Position numbers and translations under genes: made by a program
Shown here: positions 42,414-51,476 of the stretch, piece after piece
Numbering within the stretch: the stretch's first letter is position 1
How the letters are laid out: every line of letters begins with the position of its first letter
Notes under the pieces: generated by a model
Databases searched by the model: none
Told to the model about the DNA's origin: nothing
What the model saw: only the letters and a program-made list of their open reading frames with translations
NCBI GenBank assembly: GCA_003157385.1
Contig: PMJJ01000092.1
Location: 1-54,487 of the forward strand
Reading direction: 5' to 3'
DNA length: 54,487 nt
DNA from: Actinomycetota bacterium
GTDB taxonomy: Bacteria; Actinomycetota; Geothermincolia; Fen-727; Anoxymicrobiaceae

Positions 42414-42878
42414 TTATTTGCAGAAAAAGATGAGTCTGAACTTGCCGATCTGGATCTCGTCGCCGCTGGATAGATCCGCCTGTTCGACCCTGAGTTTATT
42501 GACGTAGGTGCCGTTGAGGCTTCCCATGTCGGTGATCCTGAACGACCCGTTATCGCTGGCGATCTCGGCGTGCCGCCGCGACACCGTTATGTCATCGAGG
42601 AACATGTCGCTCTCGGGATGCCTTCCCACAGTGGTCACCGGTTTGGCCAGCACGAATCGCGTGCCCGCGTTGGGGCCTCTCTTCACTACCAGCATGGCGG
42701 CTCCGGCACTGAGCTCCTCGTCGGGTACCGCGATCTCCTCCTCGGTCTCGACGTCGGCCTCGACCGGGCTCAGGGTTATCGTGGTGTCGCCCTGGGGGGT
42801 CACCGCCAGGTATGAGCCGCACTGGCAGCAGTACACGCTCTCTTCAGGATTGTTCTTACCGCAAGCCGGGCAAAACAT
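42414..42878 (-). CDS. Zinc-ribbon + FHA-domain protein (GarA/OdhI-like)
   Basis: MFCPACG...CCQCG ribbon, then FHA core TVGRHPESDMFLDDITVSRRHAEI....F.ITDMGSLNGTYVN. Confidence 0.9.
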   Translation of the reverse strand: MFCPACGKNNPEESVYCCQCGSYLAVTPQGDTTITLSPVEADVETEEEIAVPDEELSAGAAMLVVKRGPNAGTRFVLAKPVTTVGRHPESDMFLDDITVSRRHAEIASDNGSFRITDMGSLNGTYVNKLRVEQADLSSGDEIQIGKFRLIFFCK

Positions 42879-42881
42879 CTC

Positions 42882-43091
42882 TCACTTCCGTTTCTGCCTT
42901 CGGCCCTCACGGCCATCCGTCTCGGGCAAGGCTTCCGGGATGGTCACGACCAACTCGCTGACCTCCTCGGGCGCGAACCCCATATCCTTGAGGAGACCCA
43001 GTGCAGCGCCCCTCTGCTTGGAGGAGAGCTCGGTTATCTCGACGTAGACCTTAATCCTCGGGGGCCTCTGTGCCTCCGGCTCCTGGCTCAC
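42882..43091 (-). CDS. Small hypothetical ORF (possibly the C-terminal part of a frameshifted gene)
   Basis: GTG start only 3 nt after GGAGG. It overlaps the upstream small ORF by 41 nt, so coding status is uncertain. Confidence 0.3.
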   Translation of the reverse strand: MSQEPEAQRPPRIKVYVEITELSSKQRGAALGLLKDMGFAPEEVSELVVTIPEALPETDGREGRRQKRK

Positions 43092-43305
43092 TGGCCTCCA
43101 CCTCGCGCTCCGTCGCGCCTCTCTTTTCCTGCTCCCGGCGCTTGAACTTCTCGAGGAGCTTCTGCTTGGTCTTTTTTGATTCAGTCTTCTCGCCGAAGGT
43201 GATGCTGTGTTCCTCCGCTATCCCGCCCATGTGTCGCTGGGTCGGAGTCCTTACCCCATCTTCGGTGGTGGACCTGACGTTTCGCTCTACATCTTTGTCA
43301 GCCAT
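43051..43305 (-). CDS. Small charged hypothetical protein
   Basis: MADKDVERNV..., Lys/Glu-rich, no recognised family. Confidence 0.35.
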   Translation of the reverse strand: MADKDVERNVRSTTEDGVRTPTQRHMGGIAEEHSITFGEKTESKKTKQKLLEKFKRREQEKRGATEREVEASEPGAGGTEAPED

Positions 43306-43347
43306 GATAATCACCAGCCGTGCTGTTTGGACAATAATATCATAAAC

Positions 43348-44136
43348 TCATGACACCGGATGCGGGTCCCAGGGCCTTCTGGCGTACCTCGAACCGAGCA
43401 GGCGCGCCGCCTGTCGTGCCTCCCTCTCCCCTACTTCAGCCGGCTCGAAACTTATTCCGAGCTTCGCCTCGAAGCCCTGCCTTATCGCGTGCGCCACCTC
43501 CTCGAAACCCAGCTCACGCCCCGCCGCTTCGTCCAGTGCCACGAAGGGAGAAATCGGCCTGTCCGCGGCTCCGTCGACTGATATGTGCTTCATCAGGGCG
43601 CTGCTGTCTGTGAGGAACACCGACCCGTGCTGGAGTACTCCATCAGCGCTGATACGCTGGGCGCTGCCGCAGATCTTCCTCGAGTGCCAGGACAGGTCCA
43701 CGCCGAACTCGCCCTCTAAGCACCAACCCGGTGCCCGTTCAGAATCCTCGTGCGCCGCGGAGCGGGCCTCGATCCCGAGCAGCCGCAGCCCCTGGAGCAG
43801 CCCTTCCGCCACGACCTGGAAATACCTGTCCCGCGCGCCTTGGCGCCCCCCTTCAAGCGGTGCCGTGAAACCGTAGGTGAGGTCGTCCTTGTGCAGTATC
43901 GCAAGGCCGCCGGTGGGTCGCCTCACTACATCGACTCCTGCCGACTCGCACCGCTCGCGGTCGAGGAAAGACTCGGGATGCTGGAAACGACCGATCGTGA
44001 CCGTGGGAGGTTCAAACGAGTATAGCCTCAATGTGGGGATACCCTCGACGCCTGCGGAAATATAGTGGGCCTCGTCGAGCGCCATGTTCTCCGGCCCGGG
44101 ACGGGTTCCGTCCAGGATCAGTCTCCAGGCTTTCAC
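43348..44136 (-). CDS. Lipoate-protein ligase / octanoyltransferase family protein (BPL_LplA_LipB domain)
   Basis: LRLYSFEPPTVTIGRFQ, RRPTGGLAILH and KICGSAQR (catalytic Lys context). Confidence 0.82.
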   Translation of the reverse strand: MKAWRLILDGTRPGPENMALDEAHYISAGVEGIPTLRLYSFEPPTVTIGRFQHPESFLDRERCESAGVDVVRRPTGGLAILHKDDLTYGFTAPLEGGRQGARDRYFQVVAEGLLQGLRLLGIEARSAAHEDSERAPGWCLEGEFGVDLSWHSRKICGSAQRISADGVLQHGSVFLTDSSALMKHISVDGAADRPISPFVALDEAAGRELGFEEVAHAIRQGFEAKLGISFEPAEVGEREARQAARLLGSRYARRPWDPHPVS

Positions 44137-44146
44137 GGGTGCGGGC

Positions 44147-45310
44147 TCACAGCTCTACCGACTCGAGCTTCGAAAGGACCCTGGCGCGCAGGTCACGTGG
44201 GGCCGGCGTCTTCACCAGGACATGGCCGTCCTTGTAGCAGTCTTCGATGAGCGGCTCCATCGCCGAGCCGCAGCGCGGGCAGGGCGTCGCCTGGCCGGTC
44301 GCCAGCGTCCGGACCCTTGCTCCGTCGGCGGAGCACCTCCAGACCTGCTTGAGGCCCGACTCCTTGCCGCGCTTGGCCAGCGGCTTGGAGTCTATCTGGA
44401 CGATATCCATCGCGAAGTTCACCACCGGCGAGTTGCTGATGTGTGTCCCAACGCCGTAGGCGTCAGCCATGGGGTTATACTCGAGTATCTTGTACTCGTC
44501 GAGGTTGCCCGAGATAAAGAGCTTGACGTGGCCGAAGCCCCTTATATCGAGCTCCCAGCGGACCTCCTCCATGATGCGGAGGAAGTCGCCCCGCCTGGAG
44601 CCCGGCGTGTCCAGGCGCACCGCCGCCAGCCTGTCGCCCAACACTTCGGCCGCGAACAGAGCGCCGAATTTCTCGTCCTGGAAAGTGTCGATCAACGCGA
44701 CGCGCGCCACCTCCGGTGGCATAGAGGCATCGAATATCTCGTAAGCAAGCCGCTCGTCCTGGGCGCAGAGGATCAGCGTGTGAGACATCGTCCCGGAGGC
44801 GGTTTCACCGAGCTGCTCGGCGCTCTCGACCACGGCGACCCCGTCGCAGCCCCCGATGAACGCGTTGCGCTCGATCATCGGCGCCAGGGTCGGGTGCATC
44901 CGCCGGGCGCCGAATGATATGACGGTGCGGTCGCCCGCGGCCAGCTTGCACCTCGCCGCGCTGGTGGCGATACCTGATGCCTGGCAGAGCAGCCCCAGTA
45001 TCGCTGTCTCGAAGACGCCGAAGTCGAGGTAGCGGCCCCGCACCGAGAGCACCGGCTCGCGCGGCCCGAACAGCTCCCCCTCCTCCATCGCCCGCACCTC
45101 GATCGGCAGCCCGTCCACCAGGTCGAGCACCTCCTCGAGGCCGGCGAACACCGCCCACTTCCACTCGTGCGGCAGGCTGCCCGCACGCACCTCCATGTCC
45201 ACCATGGGGTTGATCCCCTTGCTGGAGAGCGCGGCCTTGACGCGCTCGAAATAGACGTCTGTCACCCGTCCCTGTTTGATGTGATCGTAAGAAGCTACGT
45301 GGAAACCCAT
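44147..45310 (-). CDS. pncB: Nicotinate phosphoribosyltransferase, archaeal/short type
   Basis: Colinear by eye with the ~390-aa Thermoplasma-type NAPRTase (..DVYFERV..., GTMSHTLI, RLDTPGSRRG, GVGT), including the C-terminal Cys ribbon. Confidence 0.88.
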   Translation of the reverse strand: MGFHVASYDHIKQGRVTDVYFERVKAALSSKGINPMVDMEVRAGSLPHEWKWAVFAGLEEVLDLVDGLPIEVRAMEEGELFGPREPVLSVRGRYLDFGVFETAILGLLCQASGIATSAARCKLAAGDRTVISFGARRMHPTLAPMIERNAFIGGCDGVAVVESAEQLGETASGTMSHTLILCAQDERLAYEIFDASMPPEVARVALIDTFQDEKFGALFAAEVLGDRLAAVRLDTPGSRRGDFLRIMEEVRWELDIRGFGHVKLFISGNLDEYKILEYNPMADAYGVGTHISNSPVVNFAMDIVQIDSKPLAKRGKESGLKQVWRCSADGARVRTLATGQATPCPRCGSAMEPLIEDCYKDGHVLVKTPAPRDLRARVLSKLESVEL

Positions 45311-45337
45311 CCGACCTCCAAGTGTTCTTGCGCGACC

Positions 45338-45862
45338 CTAGACTACCTTGCCCCCGAATACCCTCTCCACCTGGTCGAGTGCGAAGTCACCGTCCGCTTC
45401 GATAAGCGCCTTGACCCCATTGCGCGGTACGGTGACCGCTAATCCTCTCACCAGCGCCTCGATCGCCGAGACCAAAACGCAGATGTTGGTGACAGTTCCG
45501 GTGATAACCAGGTGGTCGACGCCGAGCCTCGCCAGCAGCTCCTCGATACCCGTCCTGTAGAACACCGAGTACCTCTTCTTCTCCAGGACGAAGTCGCCAT
45601 CGGACGGGGCCAGCTGGTCCACGACCTGGCTCCCGCGCGTGCCCTTAACCGCGTGCTCGCCCCACTGCTGGAACTCCGCGTCCCCAGGCTCGTGAGCGTC
45701 GTTGACGAATATTACCGGCAGGCCGAGGCTGTGGGCCTCCTCTATCAGTTCCTGGATGTAAGGTACGATCTCATCTATCCCCGGTACGTACAGCTTGCCC
45801 TCCGGGTCCACGAAGTCGTGGATCATATCCGCTATCACCAGCGCGCTATGTTCGGTGAACAT
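45338..45862 (-). CDS. pncA: Isochorismatase-family hydrolase (nicotinamidase-like)
   Basis: ALVIADMIHDF..., KKRYSVFY, and TGTVTNICV (catalytic Cys context). Trimmed to ATG 45862. The pncA symbol is inferred from adjacency to pncB. Confidence 0.75.
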   Translation of the reverse strand: MFTEHSALVIADMIHDFVDPEGKLYVPGIDEIVPYIQELIEEAHSLGLPVIFVNDAHEPGDAEFQQWGEHAVKGTRGSQVVDQLAPSDGDFVLEKKRYSVFYRTGIEELLARLGVDHLVITGTVTNICVLVSAIEALVRGLAVTVPRNGVKALIEADGDFALDQVERVFGGKVV

Positions 45863-45906
45863 ACTCACATCCCACTCCCCTCGACGAACATGTCTCCGGT
45901 GGATCC

Positions 45907-47229
45907 TCAGCCATCCACGACCTCGCCCCGGAGCGCGTGGCGTCCCGATCCGGTGATCGTGACGTCCAGTACCCCCCGGCGCGGCGCGCCCGCGGGCACC
46001 AGGACGACCCTGTTGCCTCTGGTCCTGCACCTCACCATGCCGCCCTTCTTCGCCTCACCCTCGACCAGTACCTGCTGCAGAGTGGATACCAGACCGGCAA
46101 GAGACCGCGCCGTGGCGGCGTCCTGCACGCCAGCGAGCTCGTCGTGCCTCTGGTGCTTGACCGGATCCGGTACATCGCCGGCCCACTCGGCAGCTGGCGT
46201 TCCCTCTCTCGCAGAGTATAGAAATATGTAGGCGGCGTCGAACCCGACCCGCCTCACCAGGTCAACCGTATCCGCGAAGTCATCTGCCGTCTCGCCGGGA
46301 AAGCCGACTATGACGTCGGTGGTGAGTGTGAGGCCAGGCACCGTCGCCCTCGAGCGCGTGGCGAGCTCCATATAGTAATCGCGGCCGTAGCCTCTGTTCA
46401 TACGTTCCAGCACTCTGTCGGAGCCCGACTGGACCGGCAGGTGCAGGTACTCACAGACCTCGGGCACGGATGCCATTACCTCCAGCACGTCTTCAGAGAG
46501 GTCCCGCGGGTGGGAGGTCTCGAACTTGACGCGGCTTATGCCGTCCACGGCGGCAACCTTCTCCAGCAGTCCGGCGAATCCCAGGTGCCCGCCCAGGTCG
46601 CGTCCGTAGGAGTTGACGTTCTGGCCGAGCAGGACCACCTCCAGCACGCCCTCCAGGCTGAGCCTGGCGACCTCCGAAACTATCTCTTCGGCGGGCCTGC
46701 TCCGCTGGAGCCCCCTCACGGATGGCACCACGCAGTAGGTGCAATCGTTGTCGCACCCGTGGCTCACCGGCACCCATGCGCGCACTCCGCCCTCCCGCAT
46801 CTCCGGCAGGCAGTCGATCCGCGCTTCCGCCACGTCCCCCATGTCGCACAGCGGGCCGCTGAGGCAATCGGCGATGAGCGAGGGAAGCCTCCCGAGCGCG
46901 TCCATCCCGAACACCAGGTCGACCGCCCTGGCTCTGGTCATGATCCCTTCACGGTGTCTCTGGGCCATGCATCCGGTCACCGCGACAACACGCGGCCGGC
47001 GGTCGGGGGAGGCCAGCGTTGCGAGGTTCCCCCACACGCGGTCCTCGGCACTCTGGCGCACGCAGCAGGTGTTGAATATCAAGATATCGCAATCATCGAT
47101 GGAGGCGGCGCGCCTGTAGCCCGCCGACGTGAGGACACCCGCAACGTGCTCCGAGTCATGCATGTTCATCTGGCAGCCGAAGGTGCGGACGAAAAAAGTG
47201 TTGTCGTTGGAGAGCTCTTGCCGCGACAT
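45907..47229 (-). CDS. miaB: tRNA-i6A37 methylthiotransferase
   Basis: UPF0004 N-domain FGCQMNMHDSE, radical-SAM CDNDCTYCVVP, and a TRAM C-terminus. Confidence 0.93.
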   Translation of the reverse strand: MSRQELSNDNTFFVRTFGCQMNMHDSEHVAGVLTSAGYRRAASIDDCDILIFNTCCVRQSAEDRVWGNLATLASPDRRPRVVAVTGCMAQRHREGIMTRARAVDLVFGMDALGRLPSLIADCLSGPLCDMGDVAEARIDCLPEMREGGVRAWVPVSHGCDNDCTYCVVPSVRGLQRSRPAEEIVSEVARLSLEGVLEVVLLGQNVNSYGRDLGGHLGFAGLLEKVAAVDGISRVKFETSHPRDLSEDVLEVMASVPEVCEYLHLPVQSGSDRVLERMNRGYGRDYYMELATRSRATVPGLTLTTDVIVGFPGETADDFADTVDLVRRVGFDAAYIFLYSAREGTPAAEWAGDVPDPVKHQRHDELAGVQDAATARSLAGLVSTLQQVLVEGEAKKGGMVRCRTRGNRVVLVPAGAPRRGVLDVTITGSGRHALRGEVVDG

Positions 47230-47624
47230 TATCCCTTGCCGGACATCTCCCTGAACAGGCGCCGTTTCACCGCGACGGCCGCGGCGGCGGCGCCGGCGGT
47301 CGCGAACCCGATCTTGGAGGCCGGGGACTTGATCGCGCGCTCGATGGCAGAGGAGGCGTCCGAGACCTTCGCCACCAGGACTCCCGTGTCCTCGGTTATG
47401 GTCTCTATATTGGTGAGCTCCCGGTTGACGCCGTCGAGGGTGAGCTGGGCCTTCTTGAGCAAGATCACGGTCTGGGGCCTCGTCTCGGCGACCATCTGGC
47501 CGACGTCGCCGATGGTGCGCCTCAGACGCAGCAGGACTGGTATCAGCAGTAGGACTATCACGACGACCGCGGCGGCGCCGACGACCTGCAGGACCTTGAG
47601 TGCCATCCGGTATCCTTTCAGCAT
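47229..47624 (-). CDS. DUF948-like membrane-anchored coiled-coil protein
   Basis: N-terminal TM then a coiled-coil pattern recalled as DUF948. The stop overlaps the miaB start (TAATG). Confidence 0.6.
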   Translation of the reverse strand: MLKGYRMALKVLQVVGAAAVVVIVLLLIPVLLRLRRTIGDVGQMVAETRPQTVILLKKAQLTLDGVNRELTNIETITEDTGVLVAKVSDASSAIERAIKSPASKIGFATAGAAAAAVAVKRRLFREMSGKG

Positions 47625-47675
47625 TTCCAGGAGTCCCTATTCTAGAACATCGCGCGGCCGCGCAACAGCGGGGTT

Positions 47676-48596
47676 CTAGAGGAATCCGACAAAGGGGTCG
47701 TCGTCCAGCTTCCAGACACCGCCCTCGTTGACCAGCCGGAACTCCTCTATCCGTGGCCCCTCGGTGTCGAAGTAGGCGATCACCTTGACCGTCGCGTTGC
47801 CTGGCGAGGGAAACGAGATCTGTGTTTGCGATATGTAGAAGTCGGTGGGCTTGCCGTCCCAGGCCTTATCCCAGCCGGCGGCGAGCTTCTCCTTGGTTAT
47901 CTTGTAGTAGTCGAAGCCAGTGTGTAGCCTGCTGTCGAACATCGACCAGATGACGTCGAAGTTGCGCTGTTTTATATCGGCGTTCATGAAGGTCTGCATG
48001 GTGTCGTAGACCTGCTGGCGCTCCGCGTCAAGCTCCTTGGGAGGTTGGAAAGCCGCCAGCATCGCCTCGCTCCCTCCGTAGAAATCACCTGGCACGTTCG
48101 CCTTGACCCAAGTTGCAGAAGACTCGAAGTCGTTGGTGTCGTCCTGGGCTTTCCTGGCAAGGTCCGCCAGTATCTGGCTGTTCTCATTCGCCGCATCCTG
48201 ACTGGCCTGCCCGGCGACGTCGGCGATCTTGCCCAGGTAAGAGCCCATCGACGCCAAAGCCGTCGATTCCTTGGCACCCACGTCCCCATATCCCGAGGGC
48301 GGTCCGTTCTTGTCGAGGCTGGAGGCAAGGCCCGTCACCAGATCTTTCATCTTGCCTGCGCTGGCAGCGACGGCAGGCAGGTCGGCGGGCGATGTAACTC
48401 GAAGCATGGCGGCGGTGACCGTGCCCGCGCTCCTCGCGACCTCCCGCCAGTCCGCGGACGTCCTCGCCTTGAACGCCTTCACGCTCTGTGAGTGGGAATG
48501 GGCCAGCAGGACAAGCACTCCGGCGGTCGCGCCACCGATCACGATGACCGCGATCGCCGCTATCAATACTATCCTGCGCCAGCCGGCGCTCCTCAT
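47676..48596 (-). CDS. N-terminally anchored extracytoplasmic protein, C-terminal NTF2-like pattern
   Basis: A single TM after a 7-aa tail. C-terminus ...VKVIAYFDTEGPRIEEFRLVNEGGVWKLDD. ATGA overlap with the upstream ATPase gene. Confidence 0.6.
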   Translation of the reverse strand: MRSAGWRRIVLIAAIAVIVIGGATAGVLVLLAHSHSQSVKAFKARTSADWREVARSAGTVTAAMLRVTSPADLPAVAASAGKMKDLVTGLASSLDKNGPPSGYGDVGAKESTALASMGSYLGKIADVAGQASQDAANENSQILADLARKAQDDTNDFESSATWVKANVPGDFYGGSEAMLAAFQPPKELDAERQQVYDTMQTFMNADIKQRNFDVIWSMFDSRLHTGFDYYKITKEKLAAGWDKAWDGKPTDFYISQTQISFPSPGNATVKVIAYFDTEGPRIEEFRLVNEGGVWKLDDDPFVGFL

Positions 48597-49705
48597 TCGT
48601 CCTCACCCTCTTCACCGGTGATGAACAACGAGATAATCAGCTTCCCCCTGCCGCGCCTCACCCGGGGCTCACCCGACGGGTGCAGGTAGTAGCGCCCCGC
48701 AACCCTTTCGACTATCTCGGAGCATTCTCTGCCGATCTCAGCCAGGTCCTCTTTGGAGATCCTCCGCAATGGCCTCGATCGCGACTGTCTCTCGCCCTGG
48801 GAGGGAGCCTTTCGCCTTCTCGTCTTCGATTCGCTCGCTTTGAGCGCGTGCTTTGCTTGCGCGTACGCCGTGTCCAGTGGCGCGATCTCGTCGTTCAGCA
48901 CGCGATACGCATTGCGCTCAGAGATCGGCAAGCCCAGAAGTGAGCCCGAAAGGTCGGCCAGCTCACGAGCGTCATCGATCTCGCCGAGCGCGTCCCAGGG
49001 ACCTCCGGGCGCCTCACCCGAGGTCGCAAGCGCCCTGGCCGTCGCCAGGATATCGGCAAAGGAGCCGATGTAGAAATCCATCGAGCGGTGGTCCACCGAC
49101 ATCTCCAGGAGCACCCGCGCGACGTTGTGGGGTCCCGAGCCGACGCTCTCGCCTTCTTCGGTCTCCGCCAGCACCGGGAGCGTCGCCTGGTCTGACCTCT
49201 CGGGGACCTTCTTGGTGTCTACCACCACGCCTATGACGGTGCCCTGGCCCGGCTGCGACGAGACGATCTGCGTCTGCATCGCCCTGGACCTTATCGAGAA
49301 CAGCGCCATGCCCCGCCCGTGCACGCCGTACCTGTCCTCCTCAAAATCCTCGCTCTTGGACGTGACGCGGGGCTCGAATATGAGGCCGTGCATGTCGGAC
49401 GGTATGCCGCACCCGTCGTCGAGGACCGTTATCTTCCTGTATCTGCCCTGCTCCTTCTGGAACGCGAGCAGCACGCGTTTCGCTCCAGCGTCACGGGAGT
49501 TGCGCACGAGTTCGGTGATGATATCCTCGACCGACCGGATGTCGTGCTGCGCCTGACGGCGTTCCGCCTCAGCAACCTTAAGACGAACGAATCCGTGTGG
49601 TAGGTTCTCCTCGATACGCAGGCGGGCCGAATCCGTGATCTGCGTTACGAAGTCGACGACCTCCCGCTCGCCCGAGGGCTCTGTTCCATCCATGGAAGAC
49701 ATCAT
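48593..49705 (-). CDS. GHL-type (MutL/MORC-like) ATPase-domain protein
   Basis: ELVRNSRDAGAKRV...ITVLDDGCGI...VTSKS......YGVHGRGMALFSI parallels MutL's ELVENSLDAGA...IRDNGCGI...ATSKI...GFRGEALASI. No DHp/H-box spacing and no MutL C-terminal domain are visible. Confidence 0.7.
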   Translation of the reverse strand: MMSSMDGTEPSGEREVVDFVTQITDSARLRIEENLPHGFVRLKVAEAERRQAQHDIRSVEDIITELVRNSRDAGAKRVLLAFQKEQGRYRKITVLDDGCGIPSDMHGLIFEPRVTSKSEDFEEDRYGVHGRGMALFSIRSRAMQTQIVSSQPGQGTVIGVVVDTKKVPERSDQATLPVLAETEEGESVGSGPHNVARVLLEMSVDHRSMDFYIGSFADILATARALATSGEAPGGPWDALGEIDDARELADLSGSLLGLPISERNAYRVLNDEIAPLDTAYAQAKHALKASESKTRRRKAPSQGERQSRSRPLRRISKEDLAEIGRECSEIVERVAGRYYLHPSGEPRVRRGRGKLIISLFITGEEGEDE

Positions 49706-49759
49706 AAGTGCACCCGGAACGGTCCGATAGACAGGTCGGCATTATCCTCGCGGCAGGCG

Positions 49760-51343
49760 CTACTTGGCGTATTCGACCACCCTGGTCTCGCGTATCACGG
49801 TGATCTTGATCTGCCCGGGGTAGTCCAGTTGCTCCTCGACCTCTTTTGCGATATCCCTGGCCAGCGTGGCGCTTCCCAGGTCGTCGACCGAGTCGGACTG
49901 GACTACAATCCTTATCTCCCTGCCCGCCTGCATCGCGTACGCCTTTTCAACGCCCTGGAATGAATCCGCCAGGGTCTCGAGCTTCTCTAGCCTCTTGATG
50001 TAGCTCTCGAGGGTCTCACGCCGGGCGCCGGGCCGGGCCGCGGATATCGCGTCGGCCGCTTGAACGAGCACAGCCTCGATGGTCTTCACCTCGACCTCAC
50101 CGTGGTGGGCCTCGACCGCGTGCGTGATGGTGCCGGCCTCCCCGAGCCTCTTGGTCAGCTCAGCCCCTATCAGTGCGTGCGAGCCTTCGACCTCATGGTC
50201 GATCGCCTTCCCTATGTCGTGAAGCATTCCGGCCCGCTTGGGAAGCTTGGGATCCAGCCCCAGCTCGGCCGCCATTATTCCGGAAAGGTGTGCGACCTCC
50301 AGGGAGTGCATCAGGACGTTCTGCCCATAAGACGTGCGGTACTTCAGCCTCCCCAGGGCTCTCACCAGCTCCTTGTTGAGGTTGTGTATCCCGACCTCGA
50401 AGGCGGCCTCTTCGCCAGCCTCACGGATCTCGTTCTCGACCTCGGCCTTGGACTTCTCGTACATCTCTTCGATGCGCGCGGGCTGGATACGGCCATCGCT
50501 TATGAGCTTCTCCAGCGTCAGCCTGGCTATCTCGCGGCGAACCGGATCGAAGCTCGATAGTATGACTGCCTCGGGGGTATCGTCGATAATTAGATTTATT
50601 CCGGTCAGGTTCTCGAAGGTGCGGATGTTGCGGCCTTCGCGTCCGATTATCCGTCCCTTCATCTCGTCGCCTGGAAGCGGGACGACCGAGACTGTCGTCT
50701 CGGCCACGTGTTCCGAGGCGCATCTCTGGATGGCGAGCGAGATTATCTTCCTGGCCCGCTTCTCGGCTTCCTCGCGGGCTCGCGACTCTTCCTCTTTGAT
50801 GAAGACCGCGCTCTCTCTCTTGACGTCATCCACCACGCTCGCCATCAGGTAGTCCTTGGCCTCCTGGGTGGTCATCCTGGCGACCTTCTCGAGCAACTTC
50901 TTCTGCTCGGCGGCGGCCTTCATGAGCTTGGATTCCTGTGACTTGAGGTGTTCCTCCCAGGCGGCTATCCTCTTGTCCCTCTTCTCGGCTTCGACCTCCT
51001 TGGCCTCGAGACTCTCCTCACGCTGGGTGAGGCGGCGCTCCTGCCTCTGGAAGTCGCTTCGCCGGCTCTTTATCTCGCGGTCCGCATCGGCCTTCATGGA
51101 GAGGACTTCATCCTTGGCCTCGACCTGCGCTTCACGTTTCAGGTTGTCCGACTCGCGCTCGGCGTCCGTCACCAACTTCTTGGCGAGAGCTTCAGCGGTA
51201 TCGATGCGGGCTTCGGCCATATACTTGCGGCCGAGGAAACCCCCGACCAGGCCGAGTAACAGAGCAACCACTCCGACTATTGCATAGATGATCTCGATTA
51301 CCCCCTCTCTATAAAAATACGCCGAGCAAAGCTCGGCGCTCAT
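49760..51343 (-). CDS. rny: Ribonuclease Y
   Basis: N-terminal TM, coiled coil, KH domain ([12 protein letters not shown]) and HD domain (LHDIGK). The exact start is uncertain because no SD precedes ATG 51343. Confidence 0.93.
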   Translation of the reverse strand: MSAELCSAYFYREGVIEIIYAIVGVVALLLGLVGGFLGRKYMAEARIDTAEALAKKLVTDAERESDNLKREAQVEAKDEVLSMKADADREIKSRRSDFQRQERRLTQREESLEAKEVEAEKRDKRIAAWEEHLKSQESKLMKAAAEQKKLLEKVARMTTQEAKDYLMASVVDDVKRESAVFIKEEESRAREEAEKRARKIISLAIQRCASEHVAETTVSVVPLPGDEMKGRIIGREGRNIRTFENLTGINLIIDDTPEAVILSSFDPVRREIARLTLEKLISDGRIQPARIEEMYEKSKAEVENEIREAGEEAAFEVGIHNLNKELVRALGRLKYRTSYGQNVLMHSLEVAHLSGIMAAELGLDPKLPKRAGMLHDIGKAIDHEVEGSHALIGAELTKRLGEAGTITHAVEAHHGEVEVKTIEAVLVQAADAISAARPGARRETLESYIKRLEKLETLADSFQGVEKAYAMQAGREIRIVVQSDSVDDLGSATLARDIAKEVEEQLDYPGQIKITVIRETRVVEYAK

Positions 51344-51476
51344 ATATACAAGTAGCTCGATCTCAGCGGGAATAAGTCAATCCCCGTCAGATCGAGAGTT
51401 CCCTTCGCCTAAACCAGATTGGAAATGTCTTGTATATATCAATCGCTTTTGTTCCAACGCCCGATTTGCCTTGTAT

